The notes under the pieces were generated by a model. The model made no database searches. It saw nothing but the letters and a program-made list of their open reading frames with translations, and was not told where the DNA came from. Both the position numbers and the translations under genes were made by a program. A DNA stretch of 64,000 nt from a virus. Below, piece after piece: positions 38,809 through 48,392 of this stretch. The DNA is taken from the IMG/VR virus record IMGVR_UViG_3300025093_000018, positions 16,991 through 80,990 of that record; one strand, 5' to 3'. How positions within the stretch are numbered: position 1 is the first letter of the stretch; the number at the start of each line of letters is the position of its first letter.

Positions 38809-39132
38809 TTATTTTGAAGTACTACAAGTAACCCAAAACGGTTGATCAAGTGGTCTATATGTCCAATCAGGTCTACTTAGAATAGGGCCATGGATTGGGC
38901 ACCAGGTTGAGTTCCACCAACCGCATGTACATGTTTGGGAAATATATGGTACTGGAGATGTTACCGGAGGTACGTAAACTTCCTCCTCTACCTCCTCATG
39001 TTTGTCCGTAGATTTGTCGGAAAACTTTGCTAATTTATCTTTAATCTTTTGTACTTGTTCTTCATTTAAGGTCTTAGCTCCTGATATATCAAAGAAACCA
39101 TTTAACCAGATTATAAATTCTTCGTGTGTCAT
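38809..39132 (-). CDS. Hypothetical protein
   Basis: MT.EEFIIWLNGFFDIS...L.EEQV.KIKD.L, a common small phage protein pattern. Confidence 0.6.
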   Translation of the reverse strand: MTHEEFIIWLNGFFDISGAKTLNEEQVQKIKDKLAKFSDKSTDKHEEVEEEVYVPPVTSPVPYISQTCTCGWWNSTWCPIHGPILSRPDWTYRPLDQPFWVTCSTSK

Positions 39133-39308
39133 TTCTTATTAAATATTAAATTAAATTCAAACGTTGTTACAAGGAAAGTAAAACTATACGGCTTTTTACT
39201 CTTTTCATAAATCTCTATATCATCTTCTTCATTATCATGTAATCTTTCCCAGTATTTACTATTTTCAAATATTACCTCAGGGTTATATTCATATTGTTTT
39301 TTCGTCAT
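39129..39308 (-). CDS. Small hypothetical protein (59 aa)
   Basis: Not in track; ATGA overlap with the downstream gene. Confidence 0.45.
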   Translation of the reverse strand: MTKKQYEYNPEVIFENSKYWERLHDNEEDDIEIYEKSKKPYSFTFLVTTFEFNLIFNKK

Positions 39309-39373
39309 ATTCTTCTTATTTTGTACCCACCAACCCGCCCTTTGAGTAAAGCGGCTTCGCCGTGTTTACGATG

Positions 39374-39652
39374 TTAAATCCTATATTTATCCCATTTTGA
39401 ATCAATATCGTCTTCTTGATCTGTAATTTTTATAGATCTTTGATCACGAAGTCCTTTATTAATTATTTCCTCAGGTTCATTTATAGGTTTGATAAAATCT
39501 TGCTGAATGTCGGTATTCGGTTCTGACTCTTGAGATTTGGCCGGCCCAGATTCATCATACATTTCAATATCGTCATCATCATCACTATGTAAGTCATCTA
39601 AACCACTTGACTCTTCACCTTTATCTATGTCATCCCAATCTTTAAAATCCAT
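39374..39652 (-). CDS. Acidic hypothetical protein
   Basis: D/E-rich; LDDLHSDDDD resembles the scaffold termini. Confidence 0.55.
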   Translation of the reverse strand: MDFKDWDDIDKGEESSGLDDLHSDDDDDIEMYDESGPAKSQESEPNTDIQQDFIKPINEPEEIINKGLRDQRSIKITDQEDDIDSKWDKYRI

Positions 39653-39654
39653 AA

Positions 39655-39927
39655 TTAATCTTTTAGTTCATATGTTATTTGTTCCAGGTGTTTAAAATCT
39701 TTTATATCCGCTAAATTAATTCTAACTAACGTGCTACAGGATGCAGCTACATTACATACTTTACCTACCTCTAAAGATACTTCAATTTCTACATAATCCA
39801 CAGCCTCGTCAAAGGTGATCTTCATCTTATTTATACTGCAAATTAATTTGGTTGGGTCGTCCTCCGGACTGAAGACGAAATTCTTTGGTAAGCCATCTAA
39901 GTATTCATATACTTCTTCTATTGTCAT
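39655..39927 (-). CDS. Hypothetical protein
   Basis: ORF; last minus-strand gene before the strand switch. Confidence 0.55.
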   Translation of the reverse strand: MTIEEVYEYLDGLPKNFVFSPEDDPTKLICSINKMKITFDEAVDYVEIEVSLEVGKVCNVAASCSTLVRINLADIKDFKHLEQITYELKD

Positions 39928-40393
39928 ATTATTCTTATCAAGTGATTTAATTTAATTATCAAATCGACTACATACCTAATATAGTGATTTATAACGAAAT
40001 AACCATGGGTATGCTAAAGTAACACTATGTATGTTATACAAGAATCTTCTCTGTTAGTTTTCTGATATACAGGTACTTATATACAAACCCCCGCCCTTTA
40101 TATTAAAGAGGTACTTTATATAATAACCCCCATCGAATTATATTATAGCATGTTAGGAGGTATAAAGAGCTTGTATAGTATGTGACAAGGTGGCAGGAAC
40201 GTGACAAGTTGACATAAATAAGGAAGGGGTGGGGCTAATCTTACAACCTCCCCGGCTAAGTTTCAGTGGGAAAACAATATATATTGAACTTCGATTTATA
40301 TTTTGGAAAACTCCAATCCCAAATTAAATTGCTAAATAATTAGCATTTGTTTCAACAACCCGATAACGGTGTGGGTGCTCATATACATGAGTT

Positions 40394-40828
40394 TTGGCCG
40401 TCTTTGTCATGAAGGAGAATTTAAGTAAGGTTTCAGACTACATCAGAGCAATCTCTGAGCATTTTAACCATGACCCTAAGTATATAACTCTGCGTGTGCT
40501 GGTGGGTAATATGCATTTTGACGGTAGTGTGAGTGAGTCTGGTATGAAGGTTATCAAGGCTATGAAGGCTCTAAGCCCTGAGGATCATGTTGTTTCTCAT
40601 ATTTACAATGAGCTTGATATGATCAGGATGGGTGCTGAGTATGAAGCTAGTATTGTTAAGGAGCCTGTTATCATAGGTCGTATAGATCTTGATAATGAGG
40701 TTAAGGAGCAAATAGCTCTTGAGGTTGCAGAGGATAGGGCTAACATGCCTGATATGAACCCTGGACCACAGGAGCATTGTCCTGAATGTAGAGAGATGAT
40801 AGTGTTGGGTCATTGCAGATGCTTCTAA
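40394..40828 (+). CDS. Hypothetical early protein with C-terminal Cys cluster
   Basis: CPEC...HCRC; start probably ATG at 40409. Confidence 0.6.
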   Translation: MAVFVMKENLSKVSDYIRAISEHFNHDPKYITLRVLVGNMHFDGSVSESGMKVIKAMKALSPEDHVVSHIYNELDMIRMGAEYEASIVKEPVIIGRIDLDNEVKEQIALEVAEDRANMPDMNPGPQEHCPECREMIVLGHCRCF

Positions 40829-40875
40829 TAATTTATTAACTTGCCGGAACTAGTGGCGGCACTCTTGATTGAGTT

Positions 40876-41175
40876 ATGGCTAGAATTATCATGGCGAAGG
40901 CTTTGATTAGTGGTGTTGTGACTAAGGTCAGTTTATTCACACAGAATGAACCACCGCGTTTTGTTGACATGCCTGTCAGGTGTGTGTCAGTTTATAAGGG
41001 GAAGTCTGATCTTCTTATAAATACTAGTGACTTGAACGATGAAGCTATTGCTTATATCACTAAGCATGCTTTAGACAGTCAAGTTGAAATTGTAGGACTT
41101 GGTAGTCTTACAAGAGTAGTATTTGCTCCGGCTGATGGCGTTGTTATGGGGTTTGGCGCTGATGTTATCCCTTAA
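40876..41175 (+). CDS. Hypothetical protein
   Basis: ORF. Confidence 0.55.
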   Translation: MARIIMAKALISGVVTKVSLFTQNEPPRFVDMPVRCVSVYKGKSDLLINTSDLNDEAIAYITKHALDSQVEIVGLGSLTRVVFAPADGVVMGFGADVIP

Positions 41176-41210
41176 TAATCTTTCAACTACCCTGCTAAGA
41201 TTTAGTGGGG

Positions 41211-41266
41211 TAGCTGTCTACAGATGTGTGTCTGTACTGATGAGTTCCAAAAGGACGAAACAGCTA
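41211..41266 (+). ncRNA. Type III hammerhead ribozyme
   Basis: Stem III TAGCTG/CAGCTA, GTC cleavage triplet, stem I TACAGA/TCTGTA, CTGATGA core, stem II GT(T)CC-AAAA-GGAC, GAAA. Confidence 0.9.
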
Positions 41267-41303
41267 ATTTAATAGGTGATGACTTACCATCGAAATTCAT
41301 GTT

Positions 41304-41822
41304 ATGAAAATGTATTCAATCTACCTACGGGGTTCAGAAGGACAGTACGAACACGTAGGCGCAGTAGATGCGACAAATCTTGAAGAAGCGTTTGTAATGA
41401 CGCAAAATATTGATGAGCGTCCTAACGCTTTAGGCAATTGTAGAAGTACATCAGTTGGTGATATCTTTGTTGAATTTGACTTAGACTCACAGGAACCAAT
41501 ACCTTACAAGGTAGAGGTGACTGGGTTTAGTATTTCTGATGTAGATCCTAGTGCTCCTGGTAGACACTATTTCCAAGAGAAGATGACAGAACAAATGTGT
41601 GCTCCTGCACCTAGTTATGTTATTAGTTTCGAAGGAGTAGATGTTGAGTTAGAAAGTGCTAGAGATCTTATACCAACAATTGTTAAGTTATTACCATTGT
41701 ATGATGATGATACTAAATTCGAAGTAATCCAAGTAATTGGTAACCAAGAAGGTATTGTTGCACAAGGGTATGGAGAAGAAGTATTACCTAAAGTAGCTCA
41801 ATACATCTTTGAAAACTACTAA
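41304..41822 (+). CDS. Hypothetical protein with YodL-like RSTSVGD motif
   Basis: LEEAF..TQN...RSTSVGDIFV. Confidence 0.6.
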   Translation: MKMYSIYLRGSEGQYEHVGAVDATNLEEAFVMTQNIDERPNALGNCRSTSVGDIFVEFDLDSQEPIPYKVEVTGFSISDVDPSAPGRHYFQEKMTEQMCAPAPSYVISFEGVDVELESARDLIPTIVKLLPLYDDDTKFEVIQVIGNQEGIVAQGYGEEVLPKVAQYIFENY

Positions 41823-41902
41823 TAATCTTATATCCACCTAGCTATTTTATAGTTGGGTGGATTTATTACTAATTAATAAGCCCTGGAAACAGGCAATATA
41901 AA

Positions 41903-42115
41903 ATGAAAACATCGTTAAAAATATCCAAGAAACATTTACTGTACTTAATAGACCTATGTATAACATTATGTGGATACACAGTGACATTAGGCTTAGGTAA
42001 AATGAATGACAACCCTTACTACAAAAGCTATTACATATCTCTTCACAATAAGAAAGGACATACAATAGCTGAGTGCGGGAGAACTAATAAGTATAAACAA
42101 TTACTAAATAAATAA
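41903..42115 (+). CDS. Hypothetical protein
   Basis: Follows the CCTG-GAAA-CAGG hairpin motif. Confidence 0.5.
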   Translation: MKTSLKISKKHLLYLIDLCITLCGYTVTLGLGKMNDNPYYKSYYISLHNKKGHTIAECGRTNKYKQLLNK

Positions 42116-42119
42116 AACA

Positions 42120-42677
42120 ATGAACAAAAAAGAAATAGTAACTATGCTACAATTTGCAGTAGACAATACTGCTGCAAGAAATCCTGCTTTGACTAAGGAC
42201 GTAGCGGACAGAATTTACAGTCTAATTAATGATGACTATATGGAGCCAAACTATAGTTCTGCTAGCCGGATTCTAAAGGTTAACATGTCTATGAACTTTG
42301 GTAGTATAGAAATCCAAACAGTTGATCATCTTGATCAAGATGGTGGTGATGTACGTGAGGGTGAAAGAGTAAGTGTTGAAGGAACAAGCACTGTTATCTA
42401 TTTTGGTGAAAAAGGTAAGAAAGGACCTGAACCATACAATAGACAAGGTGTGCAATACATACCACTACAGTGGTCAAGCCTTGAACTTGTAGATGAGAGA
42501 GAAGAGTGTGATGTGTATGCTACACTTCCTATGAAATGTAATACATCAATAGAAATAGGAAGGTTCAACTACAACGATCACTGGAATACAATAGAATTCA
42601 CTATAGTTGTTGAGCAATTTAATAAAGATGATTTCATCAATGAATTGTTCGAAATACTACAGTATTCTAACAAATAA
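42120..42677 (+). CDS. Hypothetical protein
   Basis: ORF. Confidence 0.6.
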   Translation: MNKKEIVTMLQFAVDNTAARNPALTKDVADRIYSLINDDYMEPNYSSASRILKVNMSMNFGSIEIQTVDHLDQDGGDVREGERVSVEGTSTVIYFGEKGKKGPEPYNRQGVQYIPLQWSSLELVDEREECDVYATLPMKCNTSIEIGRFNYNDHWNTIEFTIVVEQFNKDDFINELFEILQYSNK

Positions 42678-42761
42678 AATAAGTAGGGCAAGGTAATCTT
42701 ATCACTACCTTGCTCTATTTTAACCTTTAATTAATAAAATCCTAGAAATAGGTAATATAAA

Positions 42762-42875
42762 ATGAAAAAGTTATTAAGTAAAATCGTAAGTCTCCTAGTA
42801 ATGACACCTAGAGAGAACAGATTGGTAAGAGTGTCAGCGTTAATGATAACAGGTCATAGACCACAAAACAAATAG
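42762..42875 (+). CDS. Small peptide (37 aa)
   Basis: Not in track; ATG follows the second hairpin motif with the same AATATAAAATG context. Confidence 0.45.
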   Translation: MKKLLSKIVSLLVMTPRENRLVRVSALMITGHRPQNK

Positions 42876-42877
42876 TT

Positions 42878-43333
42878 ATGTTGGTAGAGATAATAAAAGA
42901 TGACGAAGGATGTCCAATCCTTTTAGAAGATGGTAAGAGGGTAGATTCTCATACTATAGCAACTAGTAGAGGGGATTACATAGGTAAATCAGCTTATATG
43001 TTATTCCGAAGATATGGGTGGGGATGTAAAGGTAAACTTACAGGTCCTGCTGAGGATTGTAAAGAAATAGATGCTGAATTACATGAAAAGTATTTCACTA
43101 TTAATGGTGAAGATGCTTCTAAGTATGTTATTCATTTACCTCCGAGTTTAGCTAATTTAAATTGTAGAATAGCTAGATTGCATGGGTATGAGTATTATAA
43201 AGAGTTAATTAAAGCTGGATTTACAGAGTATTTCTCAGCTACTACTGCTTATAACTACGGACTACTGCTTGCAAACCCGGATAAAGAAGAAATCTTCGAC
43301 ATCTTAGGTATAAAATCAAAAACTAATTATTAA
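42878..43333 (+). CDS. Hypothetical protein
   Basis: ORF. Confidence 0.6.
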   Translation: MLVEIIKDDEGCPILLEDGKRVDSHTIATSRGDYIGKSAYMLFRRYGWGCKGKLTGPAEDCKEIDAELHEKYFTINGEDASKYVIHLPPSLANLNCRIARLHGYEYYKELIKAGFTEYFSATTAYNYGLLLANPDKEEIFDILGIKSKTNY

Positions 43334-43424
43334 TTAATAAAGTCCTGGAAACAGGCAATAAAAGCAAGGTAATCTTACGGGACTGCCTTGCTTTTATTAA
43401 GTGTCTAATTTAAAATGAAACAAA

Positions 43425-43640
43425 ATGATAGCACGTATCAACGGTATCGTCATGCCGGTAGTATTTGATGGCGAAAACATAGTAATAGCTCTTGACCCTT
43501 CAATTGAGGGTGACGACCAAAGAGTGAGTATTAACAAGGCAGAGAACGAGGTCGTGTTCACTGAAAACACTCGTTTAACAAAACGACCAAAGAGACGACG
43601 CATGAAGCGAAGTCCTATTAACCTAAGCAGAATAAAATGA
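43425..43640 (+). CDS. Hypothetical protein
   Basis: ATGA overlap with the next gene. Confidence 0.5.
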   Translation: MIARINGIVMPVVFDGENIVIALDPSIEGDDQRVSINKAENEVVFTENTRLTKRPKRRRMKRSPINLSRIK

Positions 43641-44068
43641 AAAGAACATTTGCTCCGCTTGTCCTAATGATGATATTCTCGTTGGGACTAGCACTGACCT
43701 CTGTATGTCAGTCCAAAACTGCAGAAGCTAAAGTAGCTGAAACAGCTGTATTTGATTACGATTTAAATCGCTACTTGAGTAGTAAAAACGGTGAGGTGGA
43801 TAACCACTACACCGAAGCTGTAATCACTAAAAAGAATAACCTAATGACTTTCAAGATGAAAGTAGGAAAGGATTCTGTACATACAGCTGTATACAAGATC
43901 GTTGAACGAAAGCAGGGTCATCGAGTAATTTTAGCCAAACGTGTTGACACTAAGGCTAAGATAAAGATAATTCAGCGGAAGCACGAGCTCGAAGTACTAT
44001 GTGACTTTAACCGGAAACATAATAGATTCGATGGTGCTATTATATTTACCGATCTTGAATTTAAATAA
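43637..44068 (+). CDS. Exported hypothetical protein
   Basis: N-terminal signal peptide. Confidence 0.6.
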   Translation: MKRTFAPLVLMMIFSLGLALTSVCQSKTAEAKVAETAVFDYDLNRYLSSKNGEVDNHYTEAVITKKNNLMTFKMKVGKDSVHTAVYKIVERKQGHRVILAKRVDTKAKIKIIQRKHELEVLCDFNRKHNRFDGAIIFTDLEFK

Positions 44069-44268
44069 TGTTTAACCGGGGATCATTTCGGTGGTCCCCA
44101 TATTATTTGTCAATCATGAAAGGATTAACAAAAGAAGAGTTTGAAACAGAGTATATAGCAATAGCTAATACAAACTTCAACTCTAAACCCTGGAAGATAA
44201 TCGTCCGGGCCCTCGCTCAAAAAGCTATACAGAGCTCAATGGTTGGGGACAAACTAGACAGTAAATAA
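44068..44268 (+). CDS. Hypothetical protein
   Basis: ORF; start possibly later, at MKGL. Confidence 0.4.
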   Translation: MFNRGSFRWSPYYLSIMKGLTKEEFETEYIAIANTNFNSKPWKIIVRALAQKAIQSSMVGDKLDSK

Positions 44269-44344
44269 TCTTACTGTCAACCCAGCTTTAATTAAGTCAA
44301 TCAATTGTTTAACTAATAAAGTCCTAGAAATAGGCATTTTTACT

Positions 44345-44830
44345 ATGAGTAAAATCAAGTATTCCAAGAAGAGGTTAACCTCTCAAGCGAGATTGAAGAA
44401 CTTCATCTCGAAAATTATCCCTGTAGGGACAGTGTTAATGGTTACTGACCTTATGAAGGGTCACTACGAAGACAACGACGGAAACGAAGTTGCCAACGAT
44501 GTGATTCTTTGTCAGGATCCTGATGGTCAAATTCTTAAATTGTCAGTTCGTGAGTTCATGAAGATGACAGTGAAGGATGGTGAGCACTATCAGGGTGAGT
44601 CTGACAACGATGATATCTTCTTACCTGAGAAGATTGAAATTGTTGCTAGTGAGGACCGAAAAGGTAAGGGCGAGGATGAACCTCGGTACCCTACTTACGC
44701 GTACAATGGTGCGCAAGAGTTCATCGACTCTAAAGGTCAGCTTGATTACGTTGAAACCGTGATTAAGTCTGGGCTAAGAGAAGATAACCCTTTCGACCCA
44801 CTTCAGAACTACACTGTAGTATTGTCGTAA
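44345..44830 (+). CDS. Hypothetical protein, paralog A
   Basis: Similar over its full length to 45014-45505. Confidence 0.75.
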   Translation: MSKIKYSKKRLTSQARLKNFISKIIPVGTVLMVTDLMKGHYEDNDGNEVANDVILCQDPDGQILKLSVREFMKMTVKDGEHYQGESDNDDIFLPEKIEIVASEDRKGKGEDEPRYPTYAYNGAQEFIDSKGQLDYVETVIKSGLREDNPFDPLQNYTVVLS

Positions 44831-44837
44831 GACTTAT

Positions 44838-44875
44838 AGCATCTCCGGCTAACCACCGGGGGTGCTTTTAAAAAA
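44838..44875 (+). terminator. Intrinsic terminator
   Basis: AGCATCTCCGG-loop-CCGGGGGTGCTTTT. Confidence 0.7.
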
Positions 44876-45013
44876 TTTTGCCAGTAAAAAATTTAATCTT
44901 CCGATCGACTACATAATCTTCCAATCGACCCAGCTTTGCCGTAGGCGCGATGGATTGCAGTAGAAATCGATGTCGCATTAATTAAATTAATTTTATAATT
45001 AAAAATAAAAATT

Positions 45014-45505
45014 ATGTCAAGAGTAAAATATTCAAAGAAAAGAATGGTAGGTCAATCAAGAACTAGTAACTTGAAATACATGCAACCACTTAAACCTGGA
45101 ACTGTGTTGCACGTTGAAGATACCGTAGAAGGTAGCTTTATTGGACCAAATGGACAGGAAGTAATGAATGATACAATCTTATGTCGTGACGCTGATGGTC
45201 AAGCTATCAAAGTTCCTGTAAGAGAGTATGCAAAAATGGATATCGACGGACAACCTTGGGATTCTGAAGGTGATTCTGATGAAATCTTTTTGCCTGAAAG
45301 TATTACTATTATCTCATCTGAAGATAGAGTATATACTCCTCAAGGTGGAGAAGAGCAAAAGCTTTATCCAACATTCGCTTACAATGATGCAGAAGCATTT
45401 GTAGCATCTCAAGGTGGAATGGAATTTGATGACTTGGTGAAGTCAGGAGTTAAAGAAGATAACAACTTCGCTCCAGTGCAAAACTACACTGTACAAGTAA
45501 AATAA
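45014..45505 (+). CDS. Hypothetical protein, paralog B
   Basis: KYSKKR, NDxILCxDxDGQ, IFLPE, YPT(Y/F)AYN and QNYTV shared with paralog A. Confidence 0.75.
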   Translation: MSRVKYSKKRMVGQSRTSNLKYMQPLKPGTVLHVEDTVEGSFIGPNGQEVMNDTILCRDADGQAIKVPVREYAKMDIDGQPWDSEGDSDEIFLPESITIISSEDRVYTPQGGEEQKLYPTFAYNDAEAFVASQGGMEFDDLVKSGVKEDNNFAPVQNYTVQVK

Positions 45506-45837
45506 TGTAACACGGGGAGGCTACTGACTCCCCTATACATATTAGATTCATACTTGAAGAAATCTTAAGTTGGTAGAACATAAATCCAATCTCTAAGTAG
45601 GTAAGAAATCATAGAAATGTCGCCTTAAAGAACATATTATTTGATAATTAGCCGAGTTTAATCACTTGAACTCTTAGGCTTGAATTATATAACCTTATAA
45701 CCCTTTGGTGGTATGGATCGAATCCAGTTATAAGGTCAATAACTATTACTTTTGGTAAATTGTTTATTAATCTGTTGACATAATGGCAGAAATTGCTACG
45801 TTTTAGATTGATAAATATTAGTTAGGTTGATTGACTG

Positions 45838-45868
45838 AAGGCTCCTGGGTAACACCGGGAGCTTTTTT
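45838..45868 (+). terminator. Intrinsic terminator
   Basis: AAGGCTCCTGG-GTAACA-CCGGGAGCTTTTTT. Confidence 0.7.
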
Positions 45869-46029
45869 AATGACAATCTGGCGGGATTCGGGGGAAATGT
45901 CACCCTCTCAATTACCCATACAAGCCATTTTGACACATCTGTCAATCTGTCACTTAAATAAAAGTAATAATACTGCACGTCCTTGAGACTTGCTCTTAAA
46001 AAATTTAAACCAACAAAAACACTATAAAA

Positions 46030-46188
46030 ATGAACTTAATTAAAGGAATTTGGACCCTATTTCTTATCAGTTTAATACTATTTTTATGGTGGATAGGTGG
46101 TTGGTTATTTTGGGCCGTATGTATAACAGCTAGTTTTATGTTAGCGTTATTCTTTGTAATAATATATTTATTAAACGAAAATAAATAA
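46030..46188 (+). CDS. Small membrane protein (52 aa)
   Basis: Not in track; MNLIKGIWTLFLISLILFLWWIGG..., two hydrophobic segments. Confidence 0.5.
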   Translation: MNLIKGIWTLFLISLILFLWWIGGWLFWAVCITASFMLALFFVIIYLLNENK

Positions 46189-46190
46189 TC

Positions 46191-46430
46191 ATGAAAAGAC
46201 CTAGACTAAAAAATGGTTCACAAATAAACTTAGACTCATTTGTCTTAACAATGGACCAACCAAAAGAAGAGTATAAAAAACCGGATACACTCTGTAAGAT
46301 CACAGTAGAGAATATCCGTGAGACCAGAGCTCGACGAATTGCTAATAAATTTATTCCAATATTTTTATCAGAAGCTCGTAAGATTGCTGGACCTAGAAGA
46401 ATCCTTGAAAACCTTAATTATGATTTTTGA
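46191..46430 (+). CDS. Hypothetical protein
   Basis: ORF. Confidence 0.5.
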   Translation: MKRPRLKNGSQINLDSFVLTMDQPKEEYKKPDTLCKITVENIRETRARRIANKFIPIFLSEARKIAGPRRILENLNYDF

Positions 46431-47188
46431 AGATAATTCTAAACAAAAACCAGTGAAACGCTGGGCAAACGCATTGCTTTCCGCAGTAGTATTTGTGATC
46501 GTGTGGTTAGCATTTTGGTGGTGTGTTAATTCAATTATTTGGTTAATATCATTACTATAAAGATCGATAAGATGCCCAAGCATGTAAACGCCCTGGTATA
46601 TGAGATCTGTAACTATTAAATAAACTATTATGAAAACATTAATTGCATATTATATAGGCTTAGGCATAGGTTGGTTAATGTTTCATCCTGATAGTCCATT
46701 TAATAAAACTAAAACTAAAACTTAGTAAGACAAACCAATTTCATGCAAAGAAATGGTAGACTAATAACGGGTAGAATAAGATCCAAAGTTATTAATCTTT
46801 ACTCAAATTACGAGACTACGGCGAAGCCGTATCTCTTCATGTGCTTGCCCAGCACTTTAATGAACTAGTAGATAAATAAATGAGTAGTTATAAGAGACAA
46901 GCGGAGAAATTCGCTTTAAGGCACCTGTACTCCCAGGTTAAGAAAACAGCCGTAAACATTATTGAACTTAAGGTAGTAATAAAAGGAGAACCCTACCAGT
47001 CTTAGAAGTTCTTCTCATTTATTTTGATAAAAATACTATAGTAAACAACTGACACAAAAGTAACCCAGTAATGATTGGTCATACAATAAGATAACAGGTA
47101 ATGCTGATAAACGATATTTAATATTGAGGCGGGTTTCAATCTGAGTGTAACATGAAGTTGTATTATTAACTTAACTAAAACTAATATT

Positions 47189-47386
47189 ATGATAGCAATT
47201 TTTATATTATCCGCTTTAGGATGGTTATTTAATGCCATCGGAAATGAAGATGAATTAAATTTAGCTATGTCAGCTATACTATGTATTTCAGCTTGGAATA
47301 TATGTACATTATGGTTAGCAATAACTATTTTATGTATTGTATGTATAGTCGATATAATTAAATTTCTAGTTATCAAATTTTACTAA
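47189..47386 (+). CDS. Small membrane protein
   Basis: Hydrophobic; AACTAAAA-type upstream context. Confidence 0.5.
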   Translation: MIAIFILSALGWLFNAIGNEDELNLAMSAILCISAWNICTLWLAITILCIVCIVDIIKFLVIKFY

Positions 47387-47408
47387 TTTTTAACTAAAAT
47401 TAAATAAA

Positions 47409-47795
47409 ATGAAAAACTTAATTTTATTCATGTTAACCTTCTTACTATCAGTAGGGTTATATGCACAGAACAAAACAAATCCTTTAAACGGTAGATTTAT
47501 ATCTCCTGAAAAAGGTACCATTGAAATATTTGCTAGTGATAAAACAATTGTTACTAGTCCACATGATGTAAATCAAGAAATTATTACTCATGTAGTACAT
47601 AAAATTAAAAGTTTAAATCAAATAACTTATGTAGAAACTATTGATGGTTTATTATTTATTTTTCTTACCGGTAATTATAATACTGATGTTTGGATAGGAC
47701 CTGGACAAATAGAAGAAAATGAAATAGATTTTATGGAAGTCGCTGGTATAGAATATGAGCGAGTCAAACATAAAAGATACGAAGGGATTAGATGA
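47409..47795 (+). CDS. Exported hypothetical protein
   Basis: Bacteroidota-style signal peptide ending YA-Q. Confidence 0.6.
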   Translation: MKNLILFMLTFLLSVGLYAQNKTNPLNGRFISPEKGTIEIFASDKTIVTSPHDVNQEIITHVVHKIKSLNQITYVETIDGLLFIFLTGNYNTDVWIGPGQIEENEIDFMEVAGIEYERVKHKRYEGIR

Positions 47796-47861
47796 TCTTT
47801 CATTTTATTAATTAGGCGTTAATAATTTAAATTCCTGTGAAACTAAATAAACTTAGCATGC

Positions 47862-48314
47862 TTGATGCCGAATTCACGTTCGTATATAACGTGCCAGGAA
47901 TTTTTAAAAAATTTTATTATGAGGAAAGTAGAATCTAATCGATGGGAAACTTGGTTAATAATGAGTATAGCATTATTATTTTTAATAATATCTTTACCAT
48001 TATTATCAGCATTTTATTTAATGCCAGCATTATCATTTTTTCTTTTAAGTATAACTTTATTTATAACTTGTTATAAATTTGATCCTCAATGGTTTGATTG
48101 GGATATACAAGAAGAAAAAAAGATAAAAGTAAATGATCCTAATTTTCCTGTTGATCACCCAATTAATAAGCCTTTAAAAGCTGTTAATAAAATGACTCCA
48201 GTTAAAATGAGAGATCCTGAAAGATACATAAAATTTGTTCCACTTTGCAGGAAGAGAACTTTTAAGGAAAAGGTAATTTATTATTTTGAAAAAGCTCGTG
48301 ACTGGTTTAATTAA
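47862..48314 (+). CDS. Membrane protein
   Basis: Two TM segments; true start probably ATG 47919. Confidence 0.55.
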   Translation: MMPNSRSYITCQEFLKNFIMRKVESNRWETWLIMSIALLFLIISLPLLSAFYLMPALSFFLLSITLFITCYKFDPQWFDWDIQEEKKIKVNDPNFPVDHPINKPLKAVNKMTPVKMRDPERYIKFVPLCRKRTFKEKVIYYFEKARDWFN

Positions 48315-48392
48315 ATTAATAATTATAATTATTGAATTTAGATAATAATCTTTTTACAGTCACGACTTTTTTAACCTTAAACTTTATTTATT

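Noticed and set aside
40571-47376. Minus-strand ORFs in the early block (40571, 41847, 42273, 43397, 45796, 46368, 47002) and nested 44577
   Set aside because: Opposite to or nested in the coherent + strand genes; no recognisable motifs
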